Part shown: positions 57,715 through 64,000 of the stretch, in pieces | Position numbering within the stretch: position 1 is the stretch's first letter | Layout: the number at the start of each line of letters is the position of its first letter | Source: Acidobacteriota bacterium | GTDB taxonomy: Bacteria; Acidobacteriota; Thermoanaerobaculia; Gp7-AA8 | Length of the DNA stretch: 64,000 nt | NCBI GenBank assembly: GCA_019244185.1 | Contig: JAFATB010000018.1 | Span: 1-64,000 of the forward strand | Direction: 5' to 3' | Translations under genes and position numbers: made by a program | The notes under the pieces: generated by a model | What the model was told of the DNA's origin: nothing | The model's input: only the letters and a program-made list of their open reading frames with translations | The model's database searches: none

Positions 57715-58526
57715 AACGCGTCGAGACGTTGTTCCGCCGTCTGAAACGCGAGCGCCGCTGCGGCCTCATCGCGTACGTCACGTGCGGCGACGGCGACACG
57801 GGGCGTATCGTCGACGCGCTCGCGCGCGCCGGCGCCGACGCGATCGAGCTCGGGATTCCGTTCTCCGATCCGATCGCCGACGGCCCGGTGATCCAGGCGG
57901 CGTCGCAGCGCGCATTGCAGCACGGGACGACGACGCACGACGTCTTCGCCATCGCGCGCGCGATCCGCGCGCTGCACGCCGACCTGCCGCTGATCGCGTT
58001 CTCGTATCTCAATCCGATTCTCCGCTACGGTGCGCGGCGCTTCGCGCACGACGCGTGCGAGGCCGGCATCGACGCCGTTTTGCTGACGGACCTGCCGCCC
58101 GAGGCAGCGGCGGAGTTGCGGAAAGAGCTCCGGGAGGAAGGATTGGGAGCCGTTTTTCTGCTTGCCCCGACTTCCACCGATGCGCGCATCCGCGCCATCG
58201 ACCGCGCGTCGGACGGCTTCGTCTACTACGTCTCGACGACGGGCGTGACCGGCGCGCGTCGCGAGCTCGATCCCTCGCTCCTCGGCCGTCTCGACGAAGT
58301 ACGCGCGAAGCTCAGACATCCGATCGCCGTCGGCTTCGGCATCTCGCGGCATGAACACTACGAACTGCTGCGCGAGCACTGCGACGCGATCGTCGTCGGC
58401 AGCGCGATCGTGCGTGCCATCGGCGAAGGCGATGCGGACGGCGCGGCCGAACGCGCGGCGAACGTCGTGCGCGGCATTCTCGACACCGCCATTCTTGACA
58501 CCGCGAGCATCGCGCCCGTACCCTGA
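57711..58526 (+). CDS. trpA: Tryptophan synthase alpha chain
   Basis: [34 protein letters not shown]. Confidence 0.96.
   Translation: MKRVETLFRRLKRERRCGLIAYVTCGDGDTGRIVDALARAGADAIELGIPFSDPIADGPVIQAASQRALQHGTTTHDVFAIARAIRALHADLPLIAFSYLNPILRYGARRFAHDACEAGIDAVLLTDLPPEAAAELRKELREEGLGAVFLLAPTSTDARIRAIDRASDGFVYYVSTTGVTGARRELDPSLLGRLDEVRAKLRHPIAVGFGISRHEHYELLREHCDAIVVGSAIVRAIGEGDADGAAERAANVVRGILDTAILDTASIAPVP
58495..58524 (+). promoter_or_regulatory. Putative sigma-70 promoter inside the trpA 3' end driving the Tyr leader
   Basis: TTGACA (58495-58500), 18 nt, TACCCT (58519-58524), then 9 nt to the leader ATG. Confidence 0.55.
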
Positions 58527-58533
58527 CGCGCAC

Positions 58534-58584
58534 ATGAATCACAGCGCCCTTCGCTACGCGTATTACTACGGCTACTACAGCTAG
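58534..58584 (+). CDS. Tyr-rich leader peptide MNHSALRYAYYYGYYS
   Basis: 6 Tyr codons in the last 9 sense codons, directly upstream of the attenuator hairpins and chorismate mutase. Confidence 0.85.
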   Translation: MNHSALRYAYYYGYYS

Positions 58585-58645
58585 CGTGGGGCAACGACCG
58601 CCCCGACGCGAGAAGGGGCGCTCGAACGGCAACGGATCATCGACG

Positions 58646-58679
58646 ACCTCTTCTCCGGCGGGAGAAGAGGTTTTCGTTT
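58646..58679 (+). terminator. Attenuator terminator hairpin, also occluding the chorismate mutase SD
   Basis: ACCTCTTCTCC-GGCG-GGAGAAGAGGT followed by TTTCGTTT, then ATG 58680. Confidence 0.8.
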
Positions 58680-58970
58680 ATGAATCGAACCGATGCCGAA
58701 GCCGAGCTGACGCGCCTCCGTGAAGCGATCGACCGCGTCGACGACGTGCTGGTCAAGCTCCTCAACCAGCGCGCGAAATACGCCGTCGAAATCGGCGAGA
58801 TCAAAGGCCTGCTCGCGCTGCCGATCTACGCGCCCGAGCGCGAGAAGCAGGTCCTCCAGCACGTCGAGGATGCGTCGCAGGGGCCGCTGCACGGCACCGC
58901 GATCCGCCGCCTCTTCGAACGCATCATCGACGAGTCGCGCCGCGTGGAACGAGAGTCCGCGAACGCATAG
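58680..58970 (+). CDS. Chorismate mutase (AroQ type II)
   Basis: LREAIDRVD..LLNQRA..IGEIK..PERE..IIDESRRVE. Confidence 0.92.
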   Translation: MNRTDAEAELTRLREAIDRVDDVLVKLLNQRAKYAVEIGEIKGLLALPIYAPEREKQVLQHVEDASQGPLHGTAIRRLFERIIDESRRVERESANA

Positions 58971-59005
58971 ATACGCGAGTCCGCACAAGCGTAAAAGGAG
59001 AAGTC

Positions 59006-60019
59006 ATGGTCATCGTCATGCAGAAGCACGCGCCCGACGCGAGCATCGAACACGTGGTCGCGGAGCTGATCTCGCGCGGCTTCGACGTGCATCGTTCCAC
59101 CGGCTCGGACCAAACGGTCCTCGGCGTCGTCGGCCACGTCGACACGATCGATCCGCGCGAGTTCGAGCTCTTCGACGGCGTGCAGGAAGTCGTGCGCGTC
59201 AGCGAGCCGTACAAGCTCTCGAGCCGCACGTTCAAGCGCGAGAAGACCGTCGTCAACGCGCGCGGTGTCGAGATCGGCGGCGACAAGGTCGTGGTCATGG
59301 CCGGGCCGTGCACGATCGAAAGCGAGACGCAGCTCTTCGAGACCGCGCGCCGCGTCGCGCGTGCCGGCGCGCGCGTCCTGCGCGGCGGCGCGTACAAGCC
59401 GCGCACGTCGCCGTACGCGTTTCAGGGCATGGGCGTCGAAGGCCTCAAGCTGCTGCGCGCGGCGGGCGACGAGACGAACATGGCCACGGTCTCCGAGGTG
59501 ATGGAGATCTCGCAGATCGAAACGATGCTCGAGTACGTGGACATCCTGCAGGTCGGCGCGCGCAACATGCAGAACTACAACCTGCTGTCGGCGCTTGGGC
59601 AGATCCGCAAGCCGGTGCTGCTCAAGCGCGGCATGTCCGCCACGATTCAGGAATGGCTGCTCGCCGCCGAGTACATCATGGCCGGCGGCAACTACGACAT
59701 CATCCTCTGCGAGCGCGGCATCCGCACGTTCGAGACGTACACGCGCAACACGTTCGACATCTCGGCGATCCCGGTGATCGGGAAGCTCTCGCATCTGCCG
59801 ATCGTCGGCGATCCGTCGCACGCGGTGGGACGGCGCGACAAGGTGATGCCGGTTGCGCGCGCGGTCGTGGCCGCGGGCGGCGACGGGCTGCTCATCGAGG
59901 TGCATCACGATCCGGACAAGGCGGTGTGCGACGGACCGCAGTCGCTGTATCCCGATCAGTTCGCGCGTCTCATGGACGAACTGCGTATCATCGTGCCGGC
60001 GGTGGGACGAAGCGTGTGA
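59006..60019 (+). CDS. aroF: DAHP synthase (type I-beta with N-terminal ferredoxin-like/ACT regulatory domain)
   Basis: AGPCTIE, GGAYKPRTSPY, GARNMQN, LKRG, CERGIRTFE, DPSH. Confidence 0.95.
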   Translation: MVIVMQKHAPDASIEHVVAELISRGFDVHRSTGSDQTVLGVVGHVDTIDPREFELFDGVQEVVRVSEPYKLSSRTFKREKTVVNARGVEIGGDKVVVMAGPCTIESETQLFETARRVARAGARVLRGGAYKPRTSPYAFQGMGVEGLKLLRAAGDETNMATVSEVMEISQIETMLEYVDILQVGARNMQNYNLLSALGQIRKPVLLKRGMSATIQEWLLAAEYIMAGGNYDIILCERGIRTFETYTRNTFDISAIPVIGKLSHLPIVGDPSHAVGRRDKVMPVARAVVAAGGDGLLIEVHHDPDKAVCDGPQSLYPDQFARLMDELRIIVPAVGRSV

Positions 60020-61074
60020 TGGTCGTTGGGGTCCGGACGAAGACCGCGCTCACGATTGCCGCGGCGGCGGTGCTCGTCCGCGCGCTCGTGCTCGTCGCGT
60101 CGATGTACGCCGGCCATCTCTCGATCGCGCAACTCGCCGACGCGCGCGATGGCCGGTCGTACCTGCACTACGCCGCGGCAGCGCGTGCGCCGAACGGGTT
60201 CGCGTCGTTGCCGGAGTACGACCGGCGCGTGTTTCCCGGCTATCCGGCGCTGCTGGCCGTGCTGCGCCTCGATGCGATGCCGCTGCTCGCGATGATCGTG
60301 AACTGGCTCGCCGCCGGCGCGGTGGCGGCGCTCTGCTTCGTGCTGTTCGATGACGCACGCATCGGCTGGGCAATGGCGGTGCTCACGCCGAGCTACGTCA
60401 TGTACTCGACCGTGCTGATGACGGAGCCGCTCGTGCTGCTCCTCGGCGTTGGCGCGTTGTACTTCGGCCGTCGCGAGCGTCCGGCGTTCGCGGGCGCGGC
60501 ACTCGGACTCGACGCGCTCGTGCGTCCGCTTGCGCTGCCGCTCGGACTCGCGTTTCTCGCCGAACGGCGCAAGTCGCCGCGCGCGATCGTCGTCGCGGTC
60601 ATCGCCGCCGTGGTCGCGATCGCGATCGGCGCGGCGTGCTTCGTCTGGTGGTCGGGCTCGTTGTCGTCGGGCGTGCGCGTCTACGCGAGCGATCCGCGCG
60701 CGTACGGCGGCTCGAGCATGTTCACGTGGCCGTTCGCGTCGCTCGTGCGGACGTCGCTCGCGCCCGGCATCGCGAAGTGGAAGATCGCGTACATCTGGCT
60801 GCACGTCATCGCCGCCCTCGGCGCGCTCGTGCCGCTCGCACGCAACGCGCGGCGCGAGTTCCCTCCGTTCGTCTGGCACGCGTCGAACATGCTGCTCGTG
60901 CTCTGCGTCGGCGGCGTCTGGGGCTTCCACGAGTTCCATCGTCTGATCGTGCCGTCGCTGCCGCCGCTGTTCTGGGCGTATCGGCGCCTGCTGCCGTCGC
61001 GCACGCTCGCGTGGATCGCGATCGCACTGCTGTCCGCCGCCGTCGCGGCGAAGGGACTCAGTCACGGCTGGTAA
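60019..61074 (+). CDS. Polytopic membrane protein, GT-C/PMT-like glycosyltransferase
   Basis: About 10 hydrophobic segments; D-G-x-S-Y loop, FPGYPALL, LMTEPL, LVRP. Confidence 0.6.
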   Translation: MVVGVRTKTALTIAAAAVLVRALVLVASMYAGHLSIAQLADARDGRSYLHYAAAARAPNGFASLPEYDRRVFPGYPALLAVLRLDAMPLLAMIVNWLAAGAVAALCFVLFDDARIGWAMAVLTPSYVMYSTVLMTEPLVLLLGVGALYFGRRERPAFAGAALGLDALVRPLALPLGLAFLAERRKSPRAIVVAVIAAVVAIAIGAACFVWWSGSLSSGVRVYASDPRAYGGSSMFTWPFASLVRTSLAPGIAKWKIAYIWLHVIAALGALVPLARNARREFPPFVWHASNMLLVLCVGGVWGFHEFHRLIVPSLPPLFWAYRRLLPSRTLAWIAIALLSAAVAAKGLSHGW

Positions 61075-62237
61075 ATGACGTTGCCGCCGCGCAGCGTGTA
61101 GCGGACGTCGGTCAGCGCGCGCAGGTCCGTCGATGGGTCGCCGCGTAAGACGACGAGATCCGCATCGAAGCCCGCCGCGACGCGGCCTTTCGCTTGCGCG
61201 CTGCCGAATTGTTCCGCGGGCGCCGTCGTGAGCGACGCGAGGATCTGCGCGAACGTCATGCCCGCACTCTGCATCAGCCGATATTCGTCGGATGGGTCGG
61301 GATCGACCGCGCCGAGGTCGGTGCCGAAGAGGACGCGGCCACCGGAGCCGAGCCAGGCGCGCAACTCGCCGATGGCCGCGTCGACGAACTGTTCCTGCGC
61401 GGACGCGCGATCGTGACGCATCGTCTGCTGCCACAACGTCAGCGTCGGCGTCAGCGCGGGATGCTGTTCGCGCACGAGCGCGAGGATCGCGTCGTCCCAC
61501 GTCTTCGATGCGGGCGTCGTGTGCGCGATCACGTCGACGCCGGCGCGCAATGCGGTGAGGACGTCGGCGCTGCTGTTCGGATGCACGAACACGGGCTTAC
61601 CCGCGTCGTGCGCTTCGTCGACCGCGGCGCGAATCGTCTCCTCGGAGAGCGCGGCTCCGCGTTGGGAGGATGCGAAGAGCTTGATGCCGTCGACGCCTGC
61701 GTCGAGAAGTTTCTTCGCGGCGGCGCGCGCCTGCGCAGGGTCGTCGATCTCCGGCAGCGGCGTCTTCATGAGACCCATCATCGCGAGCACGAGATCAGGC
61801 GGAAGACCGCCGGTCGGAATCAGTCCTTCGCCCGTCGAACGAATCGCGGGACCGGCCACTTCGCCCGACTCGATGCGCGCACGCAACGCCCGCGTGTTCT
61901 CCCAAAGCGAACTGAGATCGAAGACGGTCGTGAAGCCGTAGCGCGTGTGCGACTGTTCGAGTTGACGCGCGAGCTCCGGCGCCGGAATCGACGCGGCGTC
62001 CGCCCACTTGCGCTCGAAGAAATGCACGTGGCTGTTCCAGAAGCCTGCGGTGATGGTCATGCCGGAAGCGTCGATGCGCCGTGCGTTCGCGGGAATCGCG
62101 ACATGCGCTCTGTCGCCGACGGCCGCGATCGTGGCGCCGTCGATGACGACGACGCCGTCGCGGATTGGCGAGTCGTCGGGGCTGACGTAGATCGTCGCAC
62201 CGGCGAATGCGATTGCAACGTGAGGCGCGCTTTCCAC
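61062..62237 (-). CDS. Amidohydrolase family protein
   Basis: GFWNSHVH, GFTTVFD, IAH, FGTDLG, GFDADLVVL. Confidence 0.9.
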   Translation of the reverse strand: MESAPHVAIAFAGATIYVSPDDSPIRDGVVVIDGATIAAVGDRAHVAIPANARRIDASGMTITAGFWNSHVHFFERKWADAASIPAPELARQLEQSHTRYGFTTVFDLSSLWENTRALRARIESGEVAGPAIRSTGEGLIPTGGLPPDLVLAMMGLMKTPLPEIDDPAQARAAAKKLLDAGVDGIKLFASSQRGAALSEETIRAAVDEAHDAGKPVFVHPNSSADVLTALRAGVDVIAHTTPASKTWDDAILALVREQHPALTPTLTLWQQTMRHDRASAQEQFVDAAIGELRAWLGSGGRVLFGTDLGAVDPDPSDEYRLMQSAGMTFAQILASLTTAPAEQFGSAQAKGRVAAGFDADLVVLRGDPSTDLRALTDVRYTLRGGNVIYQP

Positions 62238-62276
62238 GCGCGCCAGTCTACCTGCCTGCGAAGAACGCGAACCGCG

Positions 62277-62951
62277 TCAGCGCCGGCTGCGACGGATGTA
62301 GTGCATCGGCGCGCGCGTGACGCGGCTGCTGCAACGCTCGTCGGGACGCCACACGCGGCACGGGCGGTTCGTCGCCCGCAGCGCGTTGAGGAACGTGGGG
62401 CCGGTTTCGACGTCCGCGAAGTGCAGCGAGAGCAGGATCTGAAGGCGGCTCTGCAGAATCGGATCGCTCACCGCATTCACGAGGCGCAGCGACTCCTCGA
62501 CGTCGCGGAAGCGCTCGAAGAAGCCGATCATCAGCTTGCGTGCGGAGCCCGACTGCGTGAGGAACACCACCGCCACGAGCTCGACCACGAGTCCGGCGCC
62601 GAGCGCCGCGATCGGCCACGGCTGGAGATAGATCGGCAGCGTCCAGCGGAACGCGAAGAGCGCCGCGAGCATCACCGCGATGCCGAGCCCCGCGAACGCC
62701 GTTGCGAACCAGAAGCAGAGGTCCGCCTGCGCGAACGCCCACGCGTGATACTCGCGCAGCAGCTCGTACCGGAAGCGCACGTACCCGCGGCGGTCGTACG
62801 GCTCGTCTTCGCGAATCCTGTCGATGCGCAGTTCCTCCGTCTCCATCGCCCGCCGCTTCCACGGCGAGTACCGAAGCACGGCGAACGCCGCCACGGCGGT
62901 GATGCCGAGCGCGGTGAGGGCGAGAATGACGACGAGCCATGGAGAAATCAT
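62277..62951 (-). CDS. Membrane protein resembling the TRADD-N-associated transmembrane domain
   Basis: YHAWAFAQA..F..A..G (TM) ..AGLVVELVAVVF (TM) ..FFERF..L..VSD; pattern recognised by eye only. Confidence 0.55.
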   Translation of the reverse strand: MISPWLVVILALTALGITAVAAFAVLRYSPWKRRAMETEELRIDRIREDEPYDRRGYVRFRYELLREYHAWAFAQADLCFWFATAFAGLGIAVMLAALFAFRWTLPIYLQPWPIAALGAGLVVELVAVVFLTQSGSARKLMIGFFERFRDVEESLRLVNAVSDPILQSRLQILLSLHFADVETGPTFLNALRATNRPCRVWRPDERCSSRVTRAPMHYIRRSRR

Positions 62952-63014
62952 TAAGTCAATATAGATGGATGGGAAGGTGGGCGCAAGAGAGGTCCCCGTG
63001 CACGAGTCGCGGGC

Positions 63015-63410
63015 TCACCGCGCGCTGCGCGTTGGCGTGCGGTCAGGCGTGGCGTCGAGGTCGGCCGCGTCGAGATCGAAGAGCGTCGTCAGGTAGCGCA
63101 CGAACTCGCGGAGGCGGCGGCGGTCGGCGAGGGTCACGCCGTACGGTTGCTCGCCGAGGAGATCGCCGACGGTGGTGCCGAGGGAGTTGGCGATGTCGAT
63201 GAGGGTGGCGATGCGCGGGTTCTCGGCGGCGCGGCGGCGCTTGGCGGTCGCGCGCGTCCGATAGGGAACGTAATCCTCGTCGTTCTCGAGGATGCGCGAC
63301 ATCGCCGGGGTGATCGGCGCGGGGTGGTGGGGGTGCGCGCGGTTGTACTCCTCGCGGCGGCGGCGGATCGCTTTCGCCAGCGCTTTGATGTCGTAGGAGC
63401 CCTGCGGCAT
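63015..63410 (-). CDS. XRE-like HTH protein with an insertion
   Basis: LAKAIRRRR..MSRILEN..(insert)..NPRIATLIDIANSLGTTVGDLLG. Confidence 0.7.
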   Translation of the reverse strand: MPQGSYDIKALAKAIRRRREEYNRAHPHHPAPITPAMSRILENDEDYVPYRTRATAKRRRAAENPRIATLIDIANSLGTTVGDLLGEQPYGVTLADRRRLREFVRYLTTLFDLDAADLDATPDRTPTRSAR

Positions 63411-63520
63411 GCCCCTACGAAGTTAATGGATTCGCGAGAGGGGAGTGCCGGAAGTTGTGCAGTATAGTGTCGTAGCAGAAGAAGACTTATAGATTACATA
63501 GCTTTGCGTAGGAAACTGTT

Positions 63521-63767
63521 TATGCGACTGCGCACGAATCCACAGCCGGTAGATGACGAGGTGAAGATGCTCGTCGCGAGGACGCGTGCGCGCCTGGCGC
63601 TGCTGGCCGGATTCACGCTGTTCCTGGTGATCGTCGCGGCGCTCGTCCTCTTCGCCTGCGGCATCGCGCCGGAGTGGCTGCAGAAGATTCTCGCGACCGG
63701 CGTGGGGGCGGAGGGAGTGATCGCGGTGCAGTACGCGTTGGGACGTCTGCCGCCGCTGCCGAAATAA
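63521..63767 (+). CDS. Small 2-TM hypothetical protein (start uncertain, 63504-63567)
   Basis: ORF 63504..63767 with hydrophobic LALLAGFTLFLVIVAALVLFA; divergent from the HTH gene. Confidence 0.5.
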
Positions 63768-63845
63768 ATTGCCGGCCGCGTGTGCTTTCCGTACACTTGC
63801 CGGCCCCGATCCGGGTGCCCGGACAATTCTTTAACAATCTGCCAG

Positions 63846-63891
63846 CTCCTTGAACCCGCCGCGTGTGCGGGTTCCGCTAGGCCAGAAGGAG
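63846..63891 (+). promoter_or_regulatory. S6:S18 ribosomal-protein leader RNA
   Basis: CTCCTT pairs with SD AAGGAG; inner hairpin AACCCGC/GCGGGTT is followed by the conserved CCG; directly upstream of rpsF. Confidence 0.75.
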
Positions 63892-63896
63892 GTCAC

Positions 63897-64000
63897 ATGA
63901 GGACTTACGAAGTCCTGTTCATCCTTTCTCCGCAAGTGCCGGAGGAAGAAGCGACGACGCTCATCAACGACTTCAAGAGCATCGCCGAAAAGAACGGCGC
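63897..64000 (+). CDS. rpsF: 30S ribosomal protein S6 (partial)
   Basis: AGGAGG SD; MRTYEVLFILSPQVPEEEATTLINDFKSIAEKNG. Confidence 0.9.
   Translation, partial: MRTYEVLFILSPQVPEEEATTLINDFKSIAEKNG

Noticed and set aside
1-64000. tRNA/rRNA genes, transposases, integrases or prophage genes
   Set aside because: None recognised by eye; tRNAscan-SE or Infernal would be needed to exclude small RNAs formally.

Overview
High-GC bacterial window, probably Acidobacteriota/Thermoanaerobaculia-like; this is inferred from the GWxTD-VWA proteins, the DUF4388 protein and a lineage-type secreted family. Left to right it holds: a partial LolA-like/BNR beta-propeller fusion; three tandem copies (in two genes) of an uncharacterised secreted Cys-containing domain; an 8-gene sugar-modification operon (2 NDP-sugar epimerases, 2 oxidoreductases, a GT4 and 3 CgeB-like glycosyltransferases) behind a sigma-54-like promoter; a signalling island (frameshifted PAS/GAF kinase, NarL regulator, hybrid kinase, a chaperone-usher-like pilus cluster whose usher ends in a SPOR domain, and a REC-ECF sigma fusion); mostly housekeeping genes (ruvA, cysS, aldolase, sdaAB/sdaAA, two GWxTD-VWA genes, cysteine desulfurase, lgt, aroC, rmuC); trpGDCFBA without trpE; chorismate mutase plus DAHP synthase; a small membrane/HTH island; and the start of rpsF with its S6:S18 leader. 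The best-supported non-obvious element is an apparently complete tyrosine-sensing attenuator (leader MNHSALRYAYYYGYYS with mutually exclusive hairpins) ahead of chorismate mutase-aroF. Also notable are a Trp leader candidate, an alpha/beta-hydrolase followed by two tiny basic peptides, a heptamer inverted-repeat family (one copy encodes a signal peptide), GTAG-REP-like repeats and many near-leaderless genes. All family assignments come from reading motifs by eye, not from database searches.
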